Origin: a virus
Taxonomy: Duplodnaviria; Caudoviricetes
Direction: 5' to 3' (one strand)
Length of the DNA stretch: 64,000 nt
Virus record (IMG/VR): IMGVR_UViG_3300011448_000001
Coordinates: 1-64,000 of that record
Both the position numbers and the translations under genes were made by a program. The notes below the pieces were generated by a model. It made no database searches and was not told the DNA's origin. It saw only the letters and a list, made by a program, of their open reading frames with translations. This document shows positions 27,591 through 38,387 of this stretch, in pieces; position 1 is the stretch's first letter, and every line of letters begins with the position of its first letter.

Positions 27591-28469
27591 TCAAAGTCCA
27601 CAACCGCAGTTGTTGTTACATCCGCAGCAGTTATTACAACCACCAAGACGATTCAGTAACAGATTGTTTTGACGCTCCTGAGAAAGCTCAAACTTCAAAT
27701 CCTGAATCTTACGCTGATTCTCATCATTCCAGTGATTATTCAAAGTATCAATTACACGCTGAGTATTAGCGTTACCAGCATTTATGATATCACAAGTCTG
27801 ACGCTATGTCTCATAAGAAGAAGTAGCAAATCCTTGAGTAATTGCCTGACCAAGATCACGCTGACCATTACGGAGTTCTCCAGTCTACTGGCACATCTGC
27901 AGAGCCATAGCACTACGGAAGTCACATATGTTCTGACGTATGTTGCAGCAGCATTCCTGTAATTTAGAAATAATATTGCAATCACCGAGATTAGCAGCAT
28001 TAATTACACGCTCTGCTGAGAAACCTACCTGTCCAGCAACCTGCTGAATAGCAGCCTGAACATCACAGCAACACTTCTGGAGAGTATTGAAATCTACGTT
28101 AAGATTCTGTGCCAACTGACTAATAGCAAACGCATTACCCTGTACAGCCTGCTTAATACAATCAGCATTCTGATTATCCTGTAACTATGTACGGATAGCA
28201 TTTAACTGAGCCTGAGTTTCGATACCCTGAGTAGCTACACCGGCACCCATGCCGTTACCACCTCCCCAACCGAAACCACCATTGCGGAACAGAGCCATAA
28301 ACATCATATAAGCAAACGGATTATTCATCCAGTTGTTCATACCACCATTCATCATTGCAGCCATAGGTCCCCAACCATCATGATTGTTATTTGCCAAAAT
28401 TGCTGCTGTTAACGCAGTATCGTTATTGTTACGATCGCAACAATAAATTTTTTCAATTGTGTTGTCCAC
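27591..28469 (-). CDS. Cys/Gln/Asn-rich conserved gut-phage protein, 292 aa
   Basis: ORFs 28185..28469 and 27885..28115 join via TAGs to TGA 27591; contains CCC motifs and C-terminal GGCNNCCGCNNNCGCGL. Confidence 0.7.
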
Positions 28470-28510
28470 AATTATAAAATTTTTAGTTAAGTTTTTGTTA
28501 ATTAATTTTT

Positions 28511-31500
28511 TTAATTTTTAGAAACAATGTTTTTTAAGTCGTTGATTGTTTCTTTTAATTCTTTTATTTGTTTTTTAAGATTGATAATCTCTAATATAAA
28601 TAAGTTGTTATAGTTCACAGAATACATTTCTTCTTCTGATCCTCTAACAATATTTGGTAATCCTAATTCTAGGACATCTTGTGCAATAACACCATAATCA
28701 GTGTTGTTATCACCTATATAATTAAATTGTTTATAATTTATATTATTTATCTATTTTAAAGAATCATCATCAATATCTGTAATGTTTTCTTTTGCTCGTC
28801 TGTCAGAAGAAATCTACATTGATTTACTTGAGTATAACGAACCAGTAGGCATAAAATATAAATTACCTGCTGTCTTTATGTGGGCATTAGTCTAACTATC
28901 TAAAACAATATCGTCGGTTGCATCTAAGTTAATTATATTAGAAGAAAGAGAAATTCGATTATTATTATTTGTACCAGTACTAATCTCTATATCATAAATA
29001 CTATTCCACTAACTAGCATTTATATAAGTATCTAAATTAGATCCGTTTAAAAACTCAATCTCGTTATTACCGATGTTTACATGAGTAGAAGAACTATCTC
29101 CCACAGTAAGATCATTACTAGCGGTAATACTTTGTGTAGATATTTTATTATTATTAAAAATAGATCCGCCGATAGTAGCTGTAGTAGCTTTTAAATTATA
29201 TAAAGTAGTACTTGTTCCTAAAATAATTTCTGGTGCACCATAAGATGCTTTTACTCTAATTGTACCTATAACATTTACATCATATTTATTAATTACAACA
29301 GAACCGTTTGAGATAGCACTTCCAATATTTATAATATTATTAGTAGTTCCAGAACTAGGTGATTCTCCAAAAGACACGTCCCCTTTTATATTAAGACCAC
29401 CATTTGGTACTGTTAACACAGAAGACAAGTCGTTTAATTTGATTTTATCTTCTTTAGGCATTAATCCATCGAATTCATTAGTTGCTGTTGTAATAGTAGT
29501 AACAACTGCTCCTAAACCCATCATGTCCGTGTTTAAACCAAATGATAATGTATTATTTAACATTGAATAACTAAGATGTGGTGCGACATATTGACCTGTA
29601 CCATTAAGTAATTGAAGATTTGGGGACGCGTTACTAATATTAGTAGTAGGTAATTTGGGCATAAGACCGTTAGCAGAGGTGCTTACTAAACTGTAAGTTG
29701 TGTTAGTAGGAATAACCCACGTACCATCTCCTCTTAAGAAACTTGTTTGTTTTCCTGCTGCAGGAGCTGGAACAAGACCTGCTTTACCTGCATTTGATGC
29801 GGTTGCTGCAGTCATGTTAGAATATGTAGTATTATTATCTGTCCAAGGTACGTAAACATAAGCATTACCACCAGAATCAACTTGAACTTTATAATTCTTT
29901 CCAGAATTAGTATATCCTACTTTTATACCTCCAAGTGCACTGTTTGTTGCTATAGGAAGTATATAATTAGCTAATCCGTCCAATTTAACTTTATCTTCTT
30001 TAGACATTAATCCATTAGAATCTGATGATGCTATATCTCTTGAAGCAGCACCTAAAGCAGTTAATGCAGCAGCAGCTGTAGTAGCACCAGTACCTCCATG
30101 AGCGATAGAAAGTGTTCCTGTTATGCCAGGAGTTACATTTGCAGAACCATTAAAACTAGCAGCGGTAGTAGAACCGAGATTAGTTTGAATTCTTCTTGAT
30201 GTCTATAAAGTAGTAGCAGTAGTAGCATTACCACTCAAAGCTGCTTTAATGGTAGCAGGTAATTTAAGATTAACAGCAGCAGAACCATTAACGCTTGTAG
30301 TAACAGCAGTACCAGTACCATCTGAATTTACAATACCTATATTACGAGCAGTTCCCCAATTAGCAGTAGTGATGTTCGCTGTTCCATCAAACGCTGTTCC
30401 GTTAATTGTTCTAGCTGTAGCAAGCTTAGTAGCAGTACCAACAGCAACAGTATCTAATGTTGATACACTACCATCAGCCATTAAGAACTAAGATGCTGTG
30501 CCTCCTGATTTAATAAAACTATTAGCTGTAATTGCTTTAGAAAATGTTTTTGTACCACTAATAGTTTGAGTACTATTTAATGTTACATAATTTGCTAAAC
30601 TCTAATGTGCAGTAAGAGGAGTGATACTTGTTCCATTAATAGTAATAGTATTGCCTGAAATCTTTGTATTTCCATCATGTAATACCTTACGCCAAGGTCT
30701 CCAAGTAGTGCTGTTTGCCGTACGGATAAGCAAGTTTGTGTCAGTTTGGCTGCTTTGATAAGGCATTGCCAGCTGAGAACGAAAGTTACCGCCCGAAAAA
30801 GATCCAATGTTTATCACTGAATAATATTTTTCATAGCCGTTTATCAGCTCCTCATTCTCAACACTAATAACCTACGGATTAAGATTAGTATTGTTTACGG
30901 TTTCAATAGTCTTATTAGACCAAGATACATAATTACCTTTTGCTTGATATTTATTATCTGATTCTGTTTTTGTATAAGCGTCTGTTATACTATAACCAGA
31001 TAAAGTAGTAGGTTTAGAAGTTATAGAAGCAAATGTATGAGAATGATTAGTAGTTGTAGCTAATGAAACATTACCACTACCATCCAATGTAGCAGAACCA
31101 GTTACAGAACCAGTAAGAGATAAAGTTCTTGGTGTAGCCCACTTAGAAGCAGTACTAGCATTACCAGAAAGACTACCTGTAATAGTAGAACCCGAAATAG
31201 TTACAGAACTATTCTAAATAACTTTACCAGAAGTACCATTATATGTTGCTATTGCATTTGCTGTAGAACTAGATGGACCAGTTACAGCACCATCTATATT
31301 TGTTTGTACTACGGTCCAATGTGCATTATTAGCAGTAGTTCCATCAGTAATACACATTATTAAATCTCCAACTTCACATTTTACTCCAGCATAAGTTCCA
31401 GACGTAATTACTTTGTAAGTCCATCCTGCGTTATGAGTAGTAGGGAGTGCTGTTACTGTACCACCAGTACCTATAGTTCCTTTAAACAACATTGCATCGT

Positions 31501-32779
31501 TAGCTGCAAGCTTGCTATCAACAGCTGCTTGTACAAATGCTGTAGTAGCTATTTGAGTAGTATTAGTTCCAGCAGCAGCAGTAGGTGCCTTAGGAGTACC
31601 TGTAAATGTTGGATTAGTAAACATGGTTGTTTTAGATTCGTTTGTTACATTTCCTAAACCAACCTATGCTTTAGTAACTTTATGTGGATTAGCTACATTA
31701 GCTATATGAGTATCGAGATTTGTCTAAGCATCAGTACCTGCTTTTTTAGCGTCTGCTATGGCAGCAGCCTATGCAGTAGAAACTGGTTTATTTGCATCAG
31801 TTGTATTATCAACATTATCAAGTCCTATATTAGCTTTAGTAATATTTATATTACCTGTTCTATAAGTAGATTCGCTACTACCTTTAACACCAGTTACTGT
31901 ATTCTTTTGAGCACCTGTAGCAATTCCAGCAAGTTTATCTTTTTCAGCTTTAGTATAATCACTTGTACTTAATCCTGGAGTTGTTCCATCTGCTAAAGTA
32001 TTTGGAATTGTAACTGTTCTTGTTGTCTAACTTGTTACATGTCCATTAGTATTAGTAGCAACTTGTGATATACTAAAAGTATCTCCAAAGGATGGAGTCT
32101 AATCAGCTGTTTCTATACCAGTAGTTGCAGTAAAGGTTGGATGAGTATATTTATTTGCTCCAGATGTTATACTATCAAGTTTAGTTTTATCTGCAGCAGA
32201 CATAAGTCCCGCAGCAGTTGTAGTAGCAGCAGAATAAGTAGTATCTTTAGCTGTTATAGTTAATTTATCATTAGTAGCATCCGGAGTAAGAGTAATATTA
32301 CTTCCTGCTACAAATTCAACAATATCTGTTTTTGTATCAGCAGCAATAGTAGTAGTTCCTACTTTTATGTTAGAGAATGAGTTTTGATTAACTTCTGCAC
32401 CTGTTGCTATTCCTGCTAATTTATTTTTTTCAGTTGTTGTATAATCGTTAGTAGATAATACTTTTCCTGTTACTTTATCTACTTTATTGTCTAACGCTGT
32501 TTGTGTTGCGGTAGATATTGGTTTATTAATATCAGAAGTATTATCTACATTTCCTAATCCAACTTGTGATTTGGTTACTCCGTGTGGATTAGATTTATTA
32601 TTTGTATGTGTTGTTAAATTTGCTTGTACTGCGTCAGAATTGCAATCGTAATAAACATCATCAGACCATATTTTTTTCTATGTTTTAAGAAAAACAATAT
32701 CATCTTTTTTTGCGGTCCCAGCAGCAACTTTCTAATCAAATGCAGTTTTATTAAGTTCGCTTTTTACAAATTTTACCAT
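28511..32779 (-). CDS. Long tail fibre with C-terminal S74-like chaperone, 1422 aa
   Basis: ATG 32779 and ORFs 31214..31624, 30872..31087, 30602..30817, 30203..30481 and 29009..30007 are all in one frame, each ending at TAG. Contains NPHxVTKxQVGLGNV repeats and SSDRRAKENI...YGVIAQDV; TAA at 28511. Confidence 0.8.
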
Positions 32780-32834
32780 TTTTATTAATTATTAAAAAAT
32801 ACATTAAAGCTGCTAAGATGCAACTTGTTGTTTA

Positions 32835-34007
32835 TTATGCGAGTACGTTCCAAGTAAGACAAGTATCTGTATATGCTTTTGCACTTGCAAGAGTGTTTGC
32901 ATCACCAGTTACTCTAGCGGTTTCTTCTGTCTTAATTGCTGTCGCAATATTATTAATGTTTGTCTAAACGTTTGTTCCTGCAATTGCTACGGCAGTTCCA
33001 GATGCAGCAACAGCAGTACTTGAAATATTAGAAGCTGTTTTAGCTATAGTGGTAGCAGAAATTTTACCATTTGTTTCTGTAACAGAAGTTACAATTGTGT
33101 TTGCATTACCAATTGTAGCAACATCTAATGCGTTTACTGCACTATTAATAGCGCTCTGTACTCCAGATAATTTAATTCCATCTGTACCTACAGTTAAAAA
33201 TGATTCAGAGGTGGAATCTTTTTTTACAGAAATAACACCATCTATAACTTGTAAACCATCTGCATATTCTGATTCAAGAATAAAATCAGACATATCTATA
33301 GTAACTACATTTTCTGTTCCATCAGTAAGAATGTATGTATATATAAGAGACTGTCCGTTTCTTACAACACTTTTAAGAGTAGAGTCCTTATATACAGGGA
33401 TTGATCCTATAACAGCACCACTCTTACCTATAATGTCATACTGCTCTTTTACATTTGCTGCAAGACCAGTAGTTTTCTTAGTAACAGAAAGATTAGCTAA
33501 AATACCACTTGCGCTCTGTGTTAATATTTTATCTGTGCTATTAATAGATAAACCAACGCCGTTTGTTGTATCGAGAACAACAGCCTGATTTGGTTTAATA
33601 TTTACTTTTGCTGTAGTTCCGTCTGTAGTTTCTGTTATAACTAAAGATTTATCAGCAGCAGATAAATGTTGTTTTGTTGCAGTTGTTTCAAGTGTAGAAA
33701 TACGATCTGTATTATTATCTACCTGTGAAAATTTTTCTTTTGACATTAAACCATCAGTAGTTGCACTAGCTTTTATAAGTGTAATTACTGTAGTTTTACC
33801 ATCTTTGTGTGTAAAAGTTATTTTATTAGGAGAAGTATATGTTACGCTTAAAACTGCTCCGTTTAATATTTCTGCCTAAGTAGAATCAAGTCCATATTCT
33901 ACTCCGTTTACAATTATAATTTTTCGGTCTGTTGCAAAAAATATACCGTCTTCGTATGTTTTTGCGTCATATTTACTATACAGACCTCTAATAAAAGATA
34001 CGTTCAT
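32835..34007 (-). CDS. Tail fibre-like protein, 390 aa
   Basis: ATG 34007 joins ORF 32964..33746 via TAG and extends to TAA 32835; ends LTW like neighbouring fibres. Confidence 0.7.
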
Positions 34008-34024
34008 GTTTTAATTTTTATTTT

Positions 34025-34654
34025 TTATTTCCACGTAAGTTGTGTTTCTATTTTATGTATATTATTAGTAACAACCGAGTTTGCTATTGGATAATTAGAA
34101 CTTTCGTTTAATTCTAAATCTACATCTAAATTATCATGTATATAATCCCAGATACTCTAAAAATCTTTATTTAATCCGTCTGGATCTATATATGGTTGCC
34201 AAGTACCTACTTTTTCCCATTTACCAACACCATCAGTTATTACCCAAATATATTCATCAAATATGTTTGATTGTGGAGGATCTTCTTCAGTATCTGTTTC
34301 TGGTTTATGGGGAGTTAAAAACATTTTATTTTTAAGTTCCTCCGCCGGTTCTTCTGGAAGTTCGTTTACAACAATCGCTATTCTTTCGTCTAAATCAAAC
34401 GATATTATAGCGTCTTTGGTACCATCTTCTTTGATATAGTTATCTATTTTAATACCATGACCAGCGTTTGCTTGAGTTAAAATGTTTTGTTTTTTATCAA
34501 GTTCTATATAATTAGACTTGGCAGTTAGTATATCTACATCCTATAATAATTCTGTTCTAGCAGATTGTTCTTTTTCAAGCATTATCAATCTTGGTTGCTA
34601 CCAAATATTTTTACGACTACGCGCCTTTGTTTCTATTAATTGATTAGCTATCAT
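34025..34654 (-). CDS. Tail-associated protein, 209 aa (absent from ORF track)
   Basis: ATG 34654 is open to TAA 34025 via 3 TAGs. IVVNELPE...FDEYIWV...WEKVGT module is shared with 24289..25740. Confidence 0.6.
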
Positions 34655-34656
34655 TG

Positions 34657-35046
34657 TTAAATATATTTTTTCCAATCTATGTTTATATCTTTAGATTTTG
34701 TATAATTTAGCCAATCCTAAAATGCGTGGCCCTCATAACTATTATTGTTTTTAGAATAAATAACAGCATAATTTATACATTGATCTTCAGATTCAAATAT
34801 AGAATTGAAGTTTGCATAAGCTATGTTTGCAACATAAAATATATCATATAATGTAGAATTATTTAATAAAGACACAGCTTTATTATTATCTAACAACCAC
34901 TTATCTATTTTTTCTAATGTAATTATATTATTAGTAATAATAGTAGACAATGCAAAATTTACAAGTTTTTCTGTAAAATGTAAACCATGCTATTTTATGT
35001 ATTCTTTTTTATATTGCTTGTCTTTATATGATTTTAGTACATACAT
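34657..35046 (-). CDS. Conserved hypothetical protein (HGLHFT), 129 aa
   Basis: ATG 35046 extends ORF 34717..34950 on both sides via TAG; ends IDWKKYI. Confidence 0.6.
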
Positions 35047-35075
35047 AACTAATTAGTTTATTAATGTATAATAAT

Positions 35076-35102
35076 AAAAAGAGGGCTCCGTTTGGAGTCC
35101 TC
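35076..35102 (-). terminator. Rho-independent terminator after dUTPase
   Basis: Minus strand GAGGACTCC-AAAC-GGAGCCCTC followed by TTTTT. Confidence 0.7.
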
Positions 35103-35112
35103 AAAATATTTA

Positions 35113-35631
35113 TTAATCTTTTATAATATTTTCTGAATCGTTAGAAGTAGCATCGATTACTTCGTCTGATTTATCGGTTATTTCTACTTTAGCAGTATCT
35201 GTAGATCCGTAACCACCTTCACCACGATCTGATTCTGAGAGTTCTGTACACTCAATAATATCAATATCTGTAATACAAGGTGTAATTACTAATTGTGCAA
35301 ATTTATCACCTGGTTTATATATTGCAGGAACTACATCTGTAGTAGATCTCATCTTAAACATAATTTCACCACGATAACCACAATCAATTACGCCAACTGC
35401 ATTAGTAGTTGATAAAGACTTCTTTGATATACTAGAACGAGGAAACAGTAATCCAACATAACCTTCTGGTATTTCTACAGCAAGATCGGTGTGATATACT
35501 AAAATTACTTGACCACATTCGTTAAGTTCGGTTGTTACTTCTGTACAAACAAGATCAAGTCCTGCGTCTGTCTTATGAGCGCGTGTAGGCGTTACAGCCA
35601 ATTCCTTAAGTTTCTTAAATTTTAATTCCAT
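35113..35631 (-). CDS. dut: dUTPase (trimeric)
   Basis: Motifs AGLDL, PRSS, GVIDCGYRGEI, AQLVI and RGEGGYGST. Confidence 0.95.
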   Translation of the reverse strand: MELKFKKLKELAVTPTRAHKTDAGLDLVCTEVTTELNECGQVILVYHTDLAVEIPEGYVGLLFPRSSISKKSLSTTNAVGVIDCGYRGEIMFKMRSTTDVVPAIYKPGDKFAQLVITPCITDIDIIECTELSESDRGEGGYGSTDTAKVEITDKSDEVIDATSNDSENIIKD

Positions 35632-35721
35632 GTTTTAATTTTATCAAAAAAGAAATATTGTTTATATTAAATTACTTTTTAGTAACGAACCCTTAGTGTT
35701 TTTCGTCTAAGGGGAAATAAT

Positions 35722-35767
35722 GTAGACTTTCTGGAATCGAACCAGATAAACCACCGCTGGAAGTCTT
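35722..35767 (-). ncRNA. Minimal tRNA-like element A (acceptor + T arm only)
   Basis: Minus strand AAGACTT-CCAGCGGTGGTTTA-TCTGG-TTCGATT-CCAGA-AAGTCTA-C. Confidence 0.55.
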
Positions 35768-35861
35768 ACCTGTGTTATGTACAATTAATTTAATAAGAGT
35801 TTTTGATAAACAAAATCAAGTTATAATTTTTATGAGAAAAAAATAAATTTTTTAAAGGTCG

Positions 35862-35933
35862 TACCCCCAGTACGATTCGAACGCACACTAAAGGGGTTAG
35901 AGCCCTCTGTGCTAACCATTACACCATGGGGGA
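35862..35933 (-). tRNA. Amber suppressor tRNA (anticodon CUA), tRNA-Gln-like
   Basis: Cloverleaf TCCCCCA TG GTGT AATGGTTA GCAC A GAGGG CT-CTA-AC CCCTT TAGT GTGCG TTCGAAT CGTAC TGGGGGT A. 1:72 mismatch; CCA not encoded. Confidence 0.92.
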
Positions 35934-35934
35934 G

Positions 35935-35987
35935 TATGTTGTGGAGGAGTCGAACCTCCTGTTTGATCAAAGACCGTCATACAACAT
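35935..35987 (-). ncRNA. Minimal tRNA-like element B abutting the suppressor tRNA
   Basis: Minus strand ATGTTGT-21 nt-GGAGG-TTCGACT-CCTCC-ACAACAT-A; one further nt precedes the suppressor 5' end. Confidence 0.6.
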
Positions 35988-36000
35988 TGAACTGTATTAA

Positions 36001-36348
36001 TTACTTCTTACGAGTAATCCAATTCCAAAATCTCTTATACCAAGGAAGCTTGATTTCTTTTTTCTCTGTCACACTATTGATCAGATCCTTAGCAGAGTTA
36101 CTTAATTTATCAACAATTTCACAAAAATCATCAATTAACGTACTACATTCCTCAATTGCATATCCTGCAATCTCTGCACACATTGCTTCAAATTCATCCT
36201 GTGTCATAATACCAGGATCAATAAGATGTTTCTTAATCTTAGAAAATGCAAGAATTGTATATACGTCCTGAGGATTAGAAACCATACTTAAATCAATAGT
36301 ATATGTTGACTTCTTATTTATTTTCTTTGTTGTATTTTTCTTATTCAT
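36001..36348 (-). CDS. Hypothetical protein (115 aa)
   Basis: Complete ORF; C-terminal LPWYKRFWNWITRKK. Confidence 0.6.
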   Translation of the reverse strand: MNKKNTTKKINKKSTYTIDLSMVSNPQDVYTILAFSKIKKHLIDPGIMTQDEFEAMCAEIAGYAIEECSTLIDDFCEIVDKLSNSAKDLINSVTEKKEIKLPWYKRFWNWITRKK

Positions 36349-36372
36349 TTTTATATATTTTAAAAGATTATA

Positions 36373-36792
36373 TTAATTATCATAAGAAGGAGTTGCTATT
36401 GAGGATTCGCAAGAATCCATACCAATACTGTTAGAAAATCCATCAAGAACAGCATCTTTTTGTTCATTACCACTATTAATATTAGCTTTTTTTGCTGCCT
36501 CAAGAGCACGTTTCTGTACTTCTTCATTATATGCTTCAAGATTCTCTTTCCATTCTGGACATGTTACAACAACGACATCGTGTGAAAATGCTTTTTCATA
36601 GAATGTAATAACAAGATCTCCAGCTTTACATATATATTCGTGTTGATCATCACCCATTCCAGTAATTATTTTAGTGTCTGTATCAAGTAACAATATTGAT
36701 CTAATGGCTTCTCTCTGAGAAATCGTTGGAACCACTTTTCCGTTCTCATCAATATTTACACATCCACAATTATTAATGTATAATGTATTCAT
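36373..36792 (-). CDS. Hypothetical protein (139 aa)
   Basis: Complete ORF in the late-strand operon. Confidence 0.6.
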   Translation of the reverse strand: MNTLYINNCGCVNIDENGKVVPTISQREAIRSILLLDTDTKIITGMGDDQHEYICKAGDLVITFYEKAFSHDVVVVTCPEWKENLEAYNEEVQKRALEAAKKANINSGNEQKDAVLDGFSNSIGMDSCESSIATPSYDN

Positions 36793-37001
36793 ACTTTATA
36801 TTTTAATCGTTTGTTTTCTTTATATCTTTTCTTTAATTTAAACTTAAATAATTTATTAATTAGTATATCATGAGTATCTGTTTCATCCTTCATTATGTCT
36901 TTTATGAATTTAAACTAATACTAACATATCTATTTTACTAATTCTCTATCTTCGTTTAAATCTTTACTTGTTTGTTTTACTAATTGTTCAAAATCTGTCA
37001 T
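36789..37001 (-). CDS. Small HU/IHF-like basic protein, 70 aa, 3 TAGs (absent from ORF track)
   Basis: MTDFEQLVKQTSKDLNEDRELVK(Q)IC(Q)Y(Q)FKFIKDIM...; ATGA overlaps with both neighbours. Confidence 0.65.
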
Positions 37002-37396
37002 TTAATTACAGCTACAATATCGTAAGGTACTACTAATTGAGAATCTTTCACAAGATCAAAATACTTACCTGCTCCGTTACGATAAACAATAGTATCACCA
37101 ATGTTTATTTCAAACGGTTTATAATCACCAACAACTGTTCTATATTCATATGGAACTTTAATAACAATACCTTTTCTAAAATCAGAATCTACTTCTTTAG
37201 TTTCTGTAACAACGTCTTTATAATCTTTGATTTCCATACCGTCCTCAACAGTATCGTTTGTATCTATAGGACGGGAAATTTCTTTATTTACTTTATCTAG
37301 CTCCAGCGGTTTTACCAGAAAAGCACGTATAAAATTATACTTAATATTCTCTGATACGCTTTCCGCGAGCTTAGTCTGATCTACTGTATTTTCCAT
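36998..37396 (-). CDS. GroES-like co-chaperonin
   Basis: FLVKPL...KGIVIKVP...IGDTIVY...LVVPYDIVAVI matches the Cpn10 pattern. Confidence 0.65.
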   Translation of the reverse strand: MENTVDQTKLAESVSENIKYNFIRAFLVKPLELDKVNKEISRPIDTNDTVEDGMEIKDYKDVVTETKEVDSDFRKGIVIKVPYEYRTVVGDYKPFEINIGDTIVYRNGAGKYFDLVKDSQLVVPYDIVAVIK

Positions 37397-37803
37397 TATT
37401 TCTTTAATGCTTTAAGATGATTTAATACTTTAATAAGATTTGAAAGAACTGTTTCTTTCTCTACTTTCATACAAGCTGGCTGATTCTTCATTGTATTAGG
37501 AAGCTCTGCAAGTTCTGTATTGTATATTGAAAGAAGAGCATCGATCTCATCAAATACGTTTACAAAAGCTGTTGATTCTTTTTCATCAATCGGCTTAACA
37601 AATCCATCTTTAATAAGATTATTTACAGCATCTACTGAAATCTTATATTCAGCACTATAAGCAGACCAAGAATCTATTTTGTTATCAGCATGTTTCTCAG
37701 ATGCGTACTTAATTTCATATGCTGTATTATCTTCATTGAGTGTCATAATATCACCCTTTTCCATTACGAAAAATGGAACAATAACTTCTATTTTCTTTGC
37801 CAT
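37396..37803 (-). CDS. Hypothetical protein (135 aa), first gene of the minus-strand late unit
   Basis: Complete ORF next to the strand switch. Confidence 0.65.
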   Translation of the reverse strand: MAKKIEVIVPFFVMEKGDIMTLNEDNTAYEIKYASEKHADNKIDSWSAYSAEYKISVDAVNNLIKDGFVKPIDEKESTAFVNVFDEIDALLSIYNTELAELPNTMKNQPACMKVEKETVLSNLIKVLNHLKALKK

Positions 37804-37835
37804 TTTTATAAAAAGTTTAAATGTTTCTGTAGACG

Positions 37836-37913
37836 TAACGTAAATTTTTATTTTTTGGTTGCAATTATAAAAAATTTTTTATTTTATGCAACTTTTTTGA
37901 TTTTCTTACGTTA
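37836..37913. promoter_or_regulatory. Divergent pair of ECF-type promoters TGCAAC-N16/17-CGTTA
   Basis: Plus: TGCAAC 37887-92, 16 nt, CGTTA 37909-13. Minus: TGCAAC 37863-58, 17 nt, CGTTA 37840-36. Located exactly at the strand switch. Confidence 0.6.
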
Positions 37914-37982
37914 CGCCATAAAGAGGAGGGGGATTATAGGGGGAGGAAATATGACAATCATTAATATTAATAATAACTAGTT

Positions 37983-38387
37983 ATGAATAATAAAGTAATA
38001 GATATATATACTTAGCCTATATTTAAACCTACTAATTTAGTAGTGTGTAAGAATATAAGTATAGAAGAACTAAGAAAGAAGTATGTATATATGTCAGAAG
38101 ACAGAGAATTAGAAGATAATTCTGAGTATCCTGCTATGGTATATAGAGTATATGATAAAAAGACAGAATTAGCTACTAATTTAGTAGTACTAAACACTAA
38201 ACTAATAAAATCTGAGCAAACAGTAGATAAATTAGCAAATATAGAAATAGTTAGTCATGAAGCATATCATGTAGCATATAATATTTTAGAATATTGTAAT
38301 ATACCATTAAATGAATATACAGATGAAGTAGTTGCATATTTAGTAGGATGGATTAGTAAATGTATATATAAAACCTGGAAGAAATGA
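37983..38387 (+). CDS. HExxH-motif protein, 134 aa (one TAG near N-terminus)
   Basis: ATG 37983 is in frame with ORF 38043..38387 via TAG; VSHEAYH...EVVAYL. Confidence 0.6.

Noticed and set aside
20822-33588. Long plus-strand ORFs 20822..21424, 26348..26956 and 33049..33588
   Set aside because: Antisense shadows of tail and structural genes; no recognisable features.
35770-35861. Theta (HDV-like) ribozyme at the suppressor tRNA 3' trailer
   Set aside because: The trailer is A/T homopolymer-rich with no nested double pseudoknot; none seen after tRNA-Leu or tRNA-Glu either.
1-37803. Late genes as pseudogenes or sequencing frameshifts
   Set aside because: Fragments share one frame and break only at TAG, and a CUA suppressor tRNA is present.
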